64,000 nucleotides of DNA from a virus (IMGVR_UViG_3300020356_000001:1-64000), one strand, 5' to 3'. Counted from the first letter of the stretch, positions 36,758 to 46,005 are shown. Notes: generated by a model not told the origin, from the sequence alone. A program made the numbers and translations.

Positions 36758-37285
36758 CTATCCTGCTCCATTTATTCCATATAATGTAAAAGTGCTGTAT
36801 TGCACAAAATCTCCACTGGCGCCATAAACTATGTATTTAAAAGCGTTAACAGCGGCAGTATTGTTCCAAAGAGTTCCCGCCATATCAACAACGATTTGAC
36901 CACCTGTAGTCGAATTATTAGGTGAAGTGGCTCTTGACAACACAGATTTTTTATTAGTGCTGTTTGCATAGTTAGGTATCCACATTTCCACACAACCAAA
37001 AGTGTCCGCTAAAACAGAAGCGGCGGGACAATAACCGCCCCAAGCATACGCTCCAAAACCTGTAGAACCTGTCCCACTGTTAGCATATAAAAACTGATAA
37101 TCATAATTAACATCTGTTGTGTCTCCATTCAAAGCAAAATGACACCAATCTTCATAAGCGCTAGTATCTGCTCTAACTGAGGCTACAAAATACAAATGAT
37201 CGTAAGACGAAGGGATCGAAGTTTTCTCATAGTAATTAGCCGCTCCGCTAAACTCTGTGTGATCTATAACATTCCAAACAGCCAT
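36758..37285 (-). CDS. Tail-associated protein, tandem paralog 3
   Basis: SIPSSYDHL...IPNYANSTNKKSV...LWNNTAAV...STFTLYGI. Confidence 0.7.
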   Translation of the reverse strand: MAVWNVIDHTEFSGAANYYEKTSIPSSYDHLYFVASVRADTSAYEDWCHFALNGDTTDVNYDYQFLYANSGTGSTGFGAYAWGGYCPAASVLADTFGCVEMWIPNYANSTNKKSVLSRATSPNNSTTGGQIVVDMAGTLWNNTAAVNAFKYIVYGASGDFVQYSTFTLYGINGAG

Positions 37286-37803
37286 TATGAACTCTTTATC
37301 CCATATAGTGTGAACTCTGAACCACGCCTCATGTTTCCGTTAGCAGGCGTAAATTTTATTTGTGTAATAGCCGCCGTGTTATCCCAAAGACCGCTACCCC
37401 ACCAGATCCTTCTATTAGTATTACTAATCGACTGACCGCCAAATAATAAGACGCTTGTATTTTTGTTCGTGTTCGTATAATCCAAAACATCCATTATCAT
37501 CGTTGCATATTCACTGACATCAGTATTGACACCCTGAGTGCCATCCCAAATTTTAACATATGCCTGAGAAGTCAAAGCATCTGCATACTGGGTGGCACCG
37601 CTTCCCCTCCAAATAAATGATGAGTAAGCCGTTCCAGCCGATCCGTTAAATTCAATGTAAAAAGCCTGACCAGTAGACGCCCCTGTTGCCGCATCCGATC
37701 CACGTACTTGCAAATGCTCGTATGTTGCAGGAATAGACGAGAACGTTACTGACGCAGCGTCGGCTTCTAAATACTGTGTTGCGATTGCTTCCATAATAGC
37801 CAT
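37285..37803 (-). CDS. Tail-associated protein, tandem paralog 2
   Basis: SIPATYEHL...LDYTNTNKNTSV...LWDNTAAIT...SEFTLYGI. Confidence 0.7.
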   Translation of the reverse strand: MAIMEAIATQYLEADAASVTFSSIPATYEHLQVRGSDAATGASTGQAFYIEFNGSAGTAYSSFIWRGSGATQYADALTSQAYVKIWDGTQGVNTDVSEYATMIMDVLDYTNTNKNTSVLLFGGQSISNTNRRIWWGSGLWDNTAAITQIKFTPANGNMRRGSEFTLYGIKSS

Positions 37804-38387
37804 TATGCTGTCACCATCCTTGGGAGAATCCCAAACAAATCAAAACGTGTACCTGCCTCTCCAGCAGCAGCACTTACACCTGTAAGATCAATTTCCGTAA
37901 TTGGTGCTTCATATTTCCACACATTTGCAAAAGTAGCGATGTAATTAGTGACATCATTAGTCTCACCAGACCATGCCATAACGGACTTGAATTTACCGCT
38001 GTTAATGTCAAACAAATCTATAACCACAGTCGAAAAAACGTTGGCAGTAGCATTGTCACCTGCAACCCATCCTGCATAAGCATAAGTCGTTGTGGCTGTA
38101 CCAGAGGCAACAGTAGTACCACCGCCGTATAAATACTGCATGGAGTAGTTGTTGCCGTAATCATTGTTCAAATTTAATAAAAGAGAAGTTGATACTGCGG
38201 CTTTGGAAGTTCGCACATAGCCAATAATTTTAAGATCCATGTACTGTGACCAGTCGTTAGCACCAGTCGTAGAAGTGAAAACCACATCTGCGGCAGATGG
38301 TGTTGCTGTACCAAGAGCAACCCACGCTTCACCATCAGTGAGAACGCCGTCAACTATGTAATCAGGTGTTGCTGTGTTTACTGTCAT
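37803..38387 (-). CDS. Tail-associated protein, tandem paralog 1; spans the A/B junction
   Basis: DWSQYMDL...FDINSGKFKSV...TRFDLFGI; ATG at 38387 overlaps TGA. Confidence 0.75.
   Translation of the reverse strand: MTVNTATPDYIVDGVLTDGEAWVALGTATPSAADVVFTSTTGANDWSQYMDLKIIGYVRTSKAAVSTSLLLNLNNDYGNNYSMQYLYGGGTTVASGTATTTYAYAGWVAGDNATANVFSTVVIDLFDINSGKFKSVMAWSGETNDVTNYIATFANVWKYEAPITEIDLTGVSAAAGEAGTRFDLFGILPRMVTA
38277..38386. repeat. Direct repeat of 1-110
   Basis: 107/110 identical. Confidence 0.95.
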
Positions 38388-39238
38388 CACGCCACCGCAT
38401 ATCTGATTAGAACAATACCCGTTGCGCCCGCTGCTGAAACGGTTGATGAATAACCGCCGCCCCCGCCACCACCAGTGTTGGGGACACCGCCTCTGGCATA
38501 ACCCGCACCAGCGGCACCGCCGCCACCGTCACCGCCGAGAGAATCGCCACTACTTCGACCGCCACCGCCACCGCCCGCATAATATGGAGTCGTAGCAGTG
38601 ATTCCATAACCCGTGGCACCGTCGCCGCCGTAACCCGCAGCATCAGTACTGCCCGCTTCGGCTTTGCCGCCACCACCGCCGTAAACATAACCAGCAGGAA
38701 TGTCAACAGCGCCGCCTGCGTTACCCTGACCTGCTGTACCAGCCCCAGCCGCTCCTACACCAGAAGCAGTAGTGTTCCAACCAGCGCCGCCGCCAGAACC
38801 ACCTGCTGAGCCGTCATAACCGCTTGTGTAACTGTTTCCTCCGTGACCTCCACCCGTCGCTGTAACACTCAACGCTACAGAGTTAGCCCCGTTGGTGGCT
38901 GTCCCTGTCGCACCGTTTTCTCCACCGTCGCCGCCTGTACCTACGGTGATTGTGTACGGACTAGAAGCCGCATCAACGGTAACACTTGTACCTGTCAACA
39001 TACCACCAGCGCCGCCGCCACCTCTGCCACCGCCACCAGCGCCTCCTGCGACTATCAGATAGTCAACGTCAGCGGAACCAGCAGAAACAGTTAATGTGCC
39101 AGTACCCCTGAAAGTATGGACACGATATGTTGTACCAGAATCCTCATACTGTGTGATAATCCCACCAAAAGCAGTCATAGGAATAGCACCAGCACCACTA
39201 GCGGAAACCGAACCAGCTAAAGCATGTATGAGAGACAT
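38387..39238 (-). CDS. Glycine-rich tail protein
   Basis: 283 aa; homologous to 111-1076. Confidence 0.8.
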   Translation of the reverse strand: MSLIHALAGSVSASGAGAIPMTAFGGIITQYEDSGTTYRVHTFRGTGTLTVSAGSADVDYLIVAGGAGGGGRGGGGAGGMLTGTSVTVDAASSPYTITVGTGGDGGENGATGTATNGANSVALSVTATGGGHGGNSYTSGYDGSAGGSGGGAGWNTTASGVGAAGAGTAGQGNAGGAVDIPAGYVYGGGGGKAEAGSTDAAGYGGDGATGYGITATTPYYAGGGGGGRSSGDSLGGDGGGGAAGAGYARGGVPNTGGGGGGGYSSTVSAAGATGIVLIRYAVA

Positions 39239-39239
39239 G

Positions 39240-40082
39240 TTAAGCCTGCAAAGCGCCGATAAGCTGCCAAGTATCTGTAGCTGTCTTAATTATCGTCACC
39301 GAAGCGTGTTGCCCATCAATCGCCTTCTCACTGTCTTTACTGTTAATCGTCACTCCTGACCCTTGAGCCAAAGTTACTTTACCAGCACCTATACCAATAA
39401 TCGTGATAGCTGTACCAACATCGAAAGCCACACTTGAATTAGGTGGAACAGTGTAAGTCTGAGCGGAACCGTTACTAGCTGTAACAAGTTTACTTGCGTC
39501 AGCGGCGACAAAGGTATATGTAGTTCCTGTTTGAGCGTTTATAGCAAGAGGAGCAACGACACTACCAGCAGTCACAGCACCAGTAACAGTTAAAGAAGTA
39601 AGAGTACCAACAGAAGTAATCGCCGATTGAGCCGCTCCAGTAACAGTCGCGGCTGTACCCGAAGCGTTACCAGTAACATTACCAGTAAGAGGACCAGAAA
39701 AAGCTGTCGCTGTTAAAGTCCCAGTCCCAGCATTATAAGTTAAACCCCCATCCGATTTAGGAGCAAGATCACCAGTAGCTGATTCAAACAAAGCCACCGA
39801 ACACGAAGTATCAGTAGTGTCCGCTACCGTAATAGCAGTAGGTGTAGCAGGAGCATTCCAAGCTGTCGTTCCGCTACCTGTATGAGTCAAAATAGTGTTA
39901 GCTGAAGCTGAAGCGGCGTTTGCTGAACCTATACCAACTTTGGTTTCAAGTTCAATAATGGCATCAGAATGGTTCGTGTGAACCAAGTGATGCTCGTAAC
40001 CGGATGCGTCAAGGTCAGTTGTCGCTCCGGGAGCCGGTTGCTGTGTCGCTGTATCTAGTGAGGTCGGGTAATTACTTGCCAT
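39240..40082 (-). CDS. Tail fiber-like protein (paralog of 41427-42440)
   Basis: MASNYPTSLDTATQQP; INAQTGTTYTFVAADASKLVT C-terminal domain. Confidence 0.75.
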   Translation of the reverse strand: MASNYPTSLDTATQQPAPGATTDLDASGYEHHLVHTNHSDAIIELETKVGIGSANAASASANTILTHTGSGTTAWNAPATPTAITVADTTDTSCSVALFESATGDLAPKSDGGLTYNAGTGTLTATAFSGPLTGNVTGNASGTAATVTGAAQSAITSVGTLTSLTVTGAVTAGSVVAPLAINAQTGTTYTFVAADASKLVTASNGSAQTYTVPPNSSVAFDVGTAITIIGIGAGKVTLAQGSGVTINSKDSEKAIDGQHASVTIIKTATDTWQLIGALQA

Positions 40083-40123
40083 AGTTATCTCCTAGCATAA
40101 AGTAGATTCAATTTGAAATCCAC

Positions 40124-40504
40124 TCATATCTGATCCCAAGTTTGTGTATCTTCGTTCCATTCATAAAACGTGTCTATAAACCCTTTTTCGTTTGGTTCAC
40201 CAATAGGTCGAGCGACAGGTGGTTGCCACCGAAAATTTTCATCTAAAGCCCACGATGGGAAAGGTTGTGGTGCATGAAAAGCATCATTACTTGGATCGTA
40301 AATGTGATTTATTCCTGCATAATTAAAACGCATGTTTTTGTTATAAGATGTTTGCACCCATGTTCCAGAATCAGGTAATAAGTCGTTAAGAAAATCAATT
40401 CCTAACTGTTCGTTTTCTACACCGTCAACAGTAGTTATATCGTTACTAATAACAAGCACTTGAAGGACTTTGTTGTTTTCGTCTAGTTCCGCGAAATGAG
40501 CCAT
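40124..40504 (-). CDS. Conserved tail-associated protein
   Basis: MAHFAELDENN...WVQTSYN...YAGI...PQPFPSW...WQPPV family, commonly next to glycine-rich genes. Confidence 0.75.
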   Translation of the reverse strand: MAHFAELDENNKVLQVLVISNDITTVDGVENEQLGIDFLNDLLPDSGTWVQTSYNKNMRFNYAGINHIYDPSNDAFHAPQPFPSWALDENFRWQPPVARPIGEPNEKGFIDTFYEWNEDTQTWDQI

Positions 40505-40506
40505 AC

Positions 40507-41427
40507 TTACCCCAATGCCGCTGTTAAGAAACGAACTACAACAATTCCAGAACCACCAAGCGAGTCAGCGCTGTAAGCTGAACCGTCATAACCGCCGCCA
40601 CCGCCGCCTGTATTAGCAGTTCCAGATCCGGGGTTAGTAGAATTTTGTTCACCGGCACCCCCACCGCCAGTACCGCCGGTACCATAACCACTCTGACCGC
40701 CACCACCGCCACCCCCACCGGCGTAAGCTATATTTGAGCCTGTCCGATAATCATTATTTGAACCATTACCACCTGCTCCTGCCGCCGCTGGCCACCACAT
40801 CCAACCATTCCAAGAGCCATAACCTCCATAACCAGTCTGACCGGCACCGCCACCACCACCAGAAGTAAACGGACCACTTCCACCAGCGGCGGCACCAGCA
40901 CCGCCGCCATTTCCTTGAGATGGACTTGTTGAAGGAGTATTACCCGAAGCACCATATTTGTTGTAACCGCCACCGCCACCTGAACCACCTGCTACGGCAA
41001 GATAACCTGTAGCAGAGTGACCGCCACGACCACCACCATTACTTGTGTATGATCCGAACGAAGTGTCGCCACCCTGATTTGGCGACCCAGTAGTATTAGA
41101 AGCAAAACTGCCTGCTCCACCAGCCCCGATTGTAACTGTGTAAGTTTGAACCGTTGGAATTAAATTAACCGTACGCAAACCGCCAGCACCACCACCACCT
41201 GTAGGTGAACCGTATTCAATACTTGCCGCTCCACCGCCTACAATTAAAACATCTATAGCGGCTCCAGCACTATTGTCTGTTACTTGAAAAGAACCTGAGC
41301 CTTGAAAAGTAACCGAAGTGTAAACGCCGTGAGTTTGTGGTGTTTCATTACCTGAAGCGGTATAAGCGAGAACACCACCTGCACCAGATTCTTGAATCGC
41401 TCCCACTATAAGTGGATTAAAAGTCAT
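40507..41427 (-). CDS. Glycine-rich tail protein
   Basis: 306 aa; DVLIVGGG...NTGGGGGG...GGSGIVVVRF. Confidence 0.8.
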   Translation of the reverse strand: MTFNPLIVGAIQESGAGGVLAYTASGNETPQTHGVYTSVTFQGSGSFQVTDNSAGAAIDVLIVGGGAASIEYGSPTGGGGAGGLRTVNLIPTVQTYTVTIGAGGAGSFASNTTGSPNQGGDTSFGSYTSNGGGRGGHSATGYLAVAGGSGGGGGYNKYGASGNTPSTSPSQGNGGGAGAAAGGSGPFTSGGGGGAGQTGYGGYGSWNGWMWWPAAAGAGGNGSNNDYRTGSNIAYAGGGGGGGGQSGYGTGGTGGGGAGEQNSTNPGSGTANTGGGGGGYDGSAYSADSLGGSGIVVVRFLTAALG

Positions 41428-42440
41428 TACTTCAGCTTACCGATAAGTGTCCAAGCATCAGTGGCAGTTTTAATCAAACATGCCGAAGCGTATTGACCGT
41501 CGATCTCTTTGTTGGAATCAACAGACGTTATCGTCACCCCGGAGCCTTGAGCCAACGTGCAGTTAGCTGAACCAATGTTCTGAACAATGATCTGAGTACC
41601 CACATCAAAAGCAACCGACGAGTTCGGAGGAACCGTAAAAGTTTGCGCTGAACCGTTAGAAGAAGTAACAAGCTTACCAGCGTCTGCGGCCACGAAAGTG
41701 TAGGTGGTTCCAGTCTGGGCGTTTATCGCTATGGGAGCTACTACGCTTCCACCAGTTATAGCGCCTGTCACAGCAAGATCATCAGCGACGGTAACATTTC
41801 CGTCAGCGATATCTAACGCTGTCGCAGAATTAGTACCTGTTATCGTGAGTTTCTCCTCAGAAGCATCCCACACCATCGAATCGCCAGCAGTGTCAGAGTA
41901 GAAAGTAACATCCCCACCCGTACCGTCACTACCTACAGTCAAACCTGTTAAAGCCCCCAAAGAAGTAATAGCTGTTTGCGCCGCGCCTGTGACAGTAGCC
42001 GCAGTACCAGAAGCATTCCCGGTCACGTTACCTGTCAAAGCACCAGCAAAAGCAGTAGCAGTCAAAGTACCACTACTCGCATCGTACGTGGCACCACCAT
42101 CAGTTTTCGGAGCGAGATCGCCAGTAGCGGACTCGAACAAAGCGACACTACAAGACGAATCCGTAGTATCCGCAACAGTGATAACAGTAGGCGTTGCCGC
42201 CGCAGGAATAGCCTCCCACGCTGTACTACCATCAGCCTGCCTAGTCATAACATGACCGTCAGAAGCGTCTGCCGCCGCAGAAGCCCCAATACCCAGCTTT
42301 GTTTCTAACTGAATTAAAGCACCAGAGTGATTCGTGTGAACCACATCATGTTCCAAACCTGAAGTGTTTAAATCATCAGAAGCAGAAGGCGACGGTTGTT
42401 GCGTCGCCGTGTCAAGCGAGGTCGGATAATTTGTAGCCAT
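41427..42440 (-). CDS. Tail fiber-like protein (paralog of 39240-40082)
   Basis: MATNYPTSLDTATQQP; same C-terminal domain, with an insertion of about 55 aa. Confidence 0.75.
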   Translation of the reverse strand: MATNYPTSLDTATQQPSPSASDDLNTSGLEHDVVHTNHSGALIQLETKLGIGASAAADASDGHVMTRQADGSTAWEAIPAAATPTVITVADTTDSSCSVALFESATGDLAPKTDGGATYDASSGTLTATAFAGALTGNVTGNASGTAATVTGAAQTAITSLGALTGLTVGSDGTGGDVTFYSDTAGDSMVWDASEEKLTITGTNSATALDIADGNVTVADDLAVTGAITGGSVVAPIAINAQTGTTYTFVAADAGKLVTSSNGSAQTFTVPPNSSVAFDVGTQIIVQNIGSANCTLAQGSGVTITSVDSNKEIDGQYASACLIKTATDAWTLIGKLK

Positions 42441-42826
42441 TAAGCAAGGGTAACAGTTAGCTGACCTGCCGCGAGGGAAATCGTGTCACCAGAAGCCACA
42501 GCCTTAGAAGAAGACACAGCACCATGATACAAAAGATTCCCCGAAGAAGAAGCATCCCAAATACCTATATGCGTAACAGTACACGCAGGCATATCAGTAA
42601 ACTCCTCCGCAGTTGAATTAGTCACCGCACCACCTGTACCAGCGGCGGCATTAAAATCAATAGTCTGCCTAGCGTAAGACCCACCAGAACACTCCGCACC
42701 CGAACCAGCATCAGTCGGATCGGCAGTATGCAAAGCAAGATACGCTTGCGAAGGATGCGTAAAAGCGGCAGTCCCTAAAGTATGGTCAAGAAGCTTACGC
42801 TCCAAATAATCTGACATCGCGGCCAT
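42440..42826 (-). CDS. Tail fiber-associated protein
   Basis: MSDYLERKLLDH...YLALHTADP...GGSYARQ...GNLLYHG family; AGGAG RBS. Confidence 0.75.
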   Translation of the reverse strand: MAAMSDYLERKLLDHTLGTAAFTHPSQAYLALHTADPTDAGSGAECSGGSYARQTIDFNAAAGTGGAVTNSTAEEFTDMPACTVTHIGIWDASSSGNLLYHGAVSSSKAVASGDTISLAAGQLTVTLA

Positions 42827-42829
42827 AAA

Positions 42830-43830
42830 AAACTCCTATAAAGGTTTGAACATGTTCCAACCCATGATATAAATATATAGCCCCTCCGTCCATACTACAG
42901 AGGAATAAATAAAAACGAAGTATGCGGACCCTTATCAGGTTCAGTTCGCCCGTCAGAAGGGCATCCGCCCCCTGCAATCAAGTCAAGCAGAGGCAGAGTA
43001 AAACGTGATCGCTCGAACTCGAAGTGGAGCCGTACTTAAAACGGTCGGAAGGCACACCCAGGGGAAACAAGGCTCAAAAACAACCAACGGTGGTGTCCAC
43101 GAAAAGAACAACACCTCAGACATTTGTCTATATCTAGGGGGTCTGGTACATGGGGGGGATGTCGGGGTAAGAAAGGTAGCGTAGCGTACCCTTTCTTAGG
43201 GCGACGCTCTTAGAAATCGCGTCGATATCTGAAGAGGCTATGCCTCGATGATATCGGCTCACGGGTTTTAAAGAGAGGCGGATGCTAAAATGCGAAGCCT
43301 TTAGGCTTCAGCATCCGCCGAACGCATGAGCGCCGAGTATAATAGGAGCCGAAGGCTCACTCGGCGCGAATAAATCGCACACAGAGCGACGACAGGTCGC
43401 TAGAGGTGCATAAGTGCAGGTCAGAGTGTCTGTGGGGTTGTGTGTGGACAGCGCCTGTCGGGGCTGTGTGTGCGTAGAAAAAAGGGCGCCGGTAGGCGCA
43501 CCGTTTTGGGTGGGGTCGAGGGGTCGCCGTAGGCGAGGGCTCGCAGGAAATGAGGCGAGCTTCGCTCGGCATTAATCAAAGGGGTGGGGCTTCGGGCGAT
43601 TACGGCGAGACCGTTGGCTTTGCCAGCTGGTCGCCGTTATCGGGGGAAGGATTTTTGTGGGGTGTCGGCGAATAAAAGAAGCTCTATTTCTGCGGTTTTC
43701 GCTTGCGAAAAAGTCCAAGTGAATGTTCTCTTTCATTCACCTGGACTAGTAGAAATGGCGCTTCTTTTGTGGAAACACTGCTATAATTTAAGGGTAGTCA
43801 CAAAGGCTACGAAATATAAATAAATGAAAA
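42830..43830. promoter_or_regulatory. Phage B divergent control region with dense short hairpins
   Basis: Non-coding; many 5-10 bp inverted repeats and GNA triloops; G-rich tract at 43135-43167. Confidence 0.6.
43779..43787 (+). promoter_or_regulatory. Extended -10 promoter TGCTATAAT
   Basis: Exact TGnTATAAT 50 nt upstream of the 43838 ATG. Confidence 0.65.
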
Positions 43831-43837
43831 GGCAATA

Positions 43838-44701
43838 ATGACAAACAAGAGTTCGAGCGGAACTAAAACGCAAACCAAAAAATTGATTTCACCTGAAGAT
43901 CAATTTGCTAGAGATCCAAACGCTAACCCTGAAAAGGCAAGCACTGGGCTCGATCCTATTACAGATGCAAAGCTAGAAATCCTTTCTACCGTTGCATCTG
44001 CTCCGGTGTTTTTTACTCCGGCGATAGCAATACCCGAAGCAATTCAAAACCTTTTAACTTGGGAAGATTCCAACTTGGAAAACGAATTGTATAGCCGAAA
44101 TTTTAAGAACGTAATTTTGTCTAGAATTTCAGGCACTCCAACCAAGTTGGAAACTTATCAGGAAGCCAACAAAAAAACCGGAGAACTAAAGGACAAGACA
44201 CGAGTAATAAGTAACGTGACAATGCCTCATTCTTCGGGTGAGATTGTTGGACTTGAGGAAAACGGCAAACAGAAAAGGGAACTCGCCTTTGCTGGTGGTC
44301 GTCTAATTCAAGTTAGCCTCACCGAACTAGGTGAAGCTTGCCCTTATTCAAAAATGACAGAAGGAACGGACACGGTAGAAATGGTGGTGAATTTCTTCGA
44401 ACTTCACCACGACCTGCGTCTATGGTGTGACGTTCACGAAGTCGGGCAACCAGTCCGAGAGGGAGTAGAAATAAATCTACGACCAGCACAAGGCAAAGAG
44501 GAAAAAGTTTTTGCCTGTGGTGTTGAGATTCTCCCACCTGATGAAAAGACGGGCGGAATGCGTACCCGTGCTTGGTGGGTTGCTCATGTTCCCGATTTCT
44601 CACATGAGAAACATGTGGAACAGGTCAACTTGAAGCTAGGCGCAAAACGTGCGACAGATAACGCACGCCAGCCGATGCCAAGCGAGCCTGAAAACTGGTA
44701 A
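43838..44701 (+). CDS. Orphan 287-aa protein in its own transcription unit
   Basis: Long ORF with a promoter upstream and a terminator downstream; no motif recognised. Confidence 0.75.
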   Translation: MTNKSSSGTKTQTKKLISPEDQFARDPNANPEKASTGLDPITDAKLEILSTVASAPVFFTPAIAIPEAIQNLLTWEDSNLENELYSRNFKNVILSRISGTPTKLETYQEANKKTGELKDKTRVISNVTMPHSSGEIVGLEENGKQKRELAFAGGRLIQVSLTELGEACPYSKMTEGTDTVEMVVNFFELHHDLRLWCDVHEVGQPVREGVEINLRPAQGKEEKVFACGVEILPPDEKTGGMRTRAWWVAHVPDFSHEKHVEQVNLKLGAKRATDNARQPMPSEPENW

Positions 44702-44710
44702 AAAATTTAA

Positions 44711-44743
44711 GGCGGGGGGCTTCGGCTCCCCGTCTTTTTTTTT
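44711..44743 (+). terminator. Intrinsic terminator
   Basis: GGCGGGGGGC-TTCG-GCTCCCCGTC followed by T9. Confidence 0.85.
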
Positions 44744-45109
44744 GCGCCATAATTCGCAAGCAAATTACGCCGCTACGAAAAAAAACCGCCAAACCTCTCC
44801 GTTCCTGCCATCTCTTTAAAAACGGAGCCGTCGGTTGCTTTGCCGGTGACGGCGAACTGCTGAACAACTTTAAATAACTGACCAGCTATTAACATTCAAG
44901 ACCAGTAAAGCTTTTGTTGTAATGCCGGAAGCGAAGGAGGCATTACATAAGAAAGCTTTAAATTAGAAAAGGATCGCCGAAGGCGAGTGATATAAAAAAA
45001 ATTTTTCCTCGCTACGCTCGGAGATAAGACCGAACCTTCGGTTCGACTTATTTCTTTCAGCCCTTTGCTCGTACCTCGCAAACCCCTGCCCCACCCTTAA
45101 ATACTTTGG

Positions 45110-45196
45110 TTCAAGGTTATGAGTCTATAAGATTGGGATTCAAGGTTATGATTCTATAGTAGTGGGATTCAAGATTATGAGTCTATAGGAGTGGCA
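45110..45196. repeat. Three tandem 29-bp iteron-like repeats (fourth copy at 45317-45345)
   Basis: TTCAAGGTTATGAGTCTATAAGATTGGGA / TTCAAGGTTATGATTCTATAGTAGTGGGA / TTCAAGATTATGAGTCTATAGGAGTGGCA. Confidence 0.85.
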
Positions 45197-45523
45197 TGTC
45201 ACGAGTTGATTTTAAATATAAAGATGATAAGTACACATATCTTTCAGGCTTTCATGGTAAAAGCTGGGGTATTTCTTTAACAGATTTTATACTCGGTTGC
45301 GTTTCACGCACCGAGTGTCAAGGTTCCGATTCTATAGGAGTGGCAGGTAGATAATCGTTTCCTCTTGTGTGTTTCGGATTGCCACCATATCAGCCCGCTC
45401 GTACCTCACGGGTTCCCGGCTTCGCCGGCTGATTTGTATGGTGTCATCCGCTCCCCACAAGAGGAAAAGATATGGTTTTGTGGGGAGTGGGTGTATAATA
45501 AATGATAATAATAGGGAGAAGAA

Positions 45524-45691
45524 ATGAATACAATTAATGGAATTGATTTCTGTTTAATGGTTCTTTGCTTTGTTTCTTATTGGTTGGGATACATGAGAGC
45601 TAAGCATGTAGCTCAGAAGATAAGAGATTCAGAAATGAATCGTTACTATCAGGACTACGCAAAGATTCGTAGAGAAAGGGGTGATTGGTAA
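45524..45691 (+). CDS. Small membrane protein (55 aa; not in ORF track)
   Basis: TATAAT at 45494-45499; GGGAG RBS; IDFCLMVLCFVSYWLGY. Confidence 0.6.
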   Translation: MNTINGIDFCLMVLCFVSYWLGYMRAKHVAQKIRDSEMNRYYQDYAKIRRERGDW

Positions 45692-46005
45692 TGAGTTTGA
45701 ATTGGGATATAAGCAAGTGTAAAAACTGGCAACGCCTGATGAAAGAAGATGAGTACCCAATTACTGAAGCCTTGATTCATTGGATGATGGTGATTGGTTT
45801 CAAAAGTATTACTGAAAAGAATTGGGGTAAAGTTTTCGCACGACTTGAGATGATGAACAAAGACAACTTCACAGTTGACGAGGTTTATGATCGGATTGGG
45901 CTATCAACTAATTGCTCTGAATTAACTGATGCTCAATGGGCGAAGCAACAGATAACAACAAAGATTAATAGCCGTGCTATTGAAGTAATAGAAGGGAGAA
46001 AGTAA
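45691..46005 (+). CDS. Early hypothetical protein
   Basis: TAATG coupling; MSLNWDISKC...IGLSTN. Confidence 0.7.
   Translation: MSLNWDISKCKNWQRLMKEDEYPITEALIHWMMVIGFKSITEKNWGKVFARLEMMNKDNFTVDEVYDRIGLSTNCSELTDAQWAKQQITTKINSRAIEVIEGRK

Noticed and set aside
38387-42440. Diversity-generating retroelement or invertible tail cassette
   Set aside because: No reverse transcriptase, invertase, or adenine-specific TR/VR pair is visible.
45110-45345. CRISPR array
   Set aside because: The 29-bp units are head-to-tail with no unique spacers, and no cas operon is present. The Cas4-like gene is a typical stand-alone phage exonuclease.
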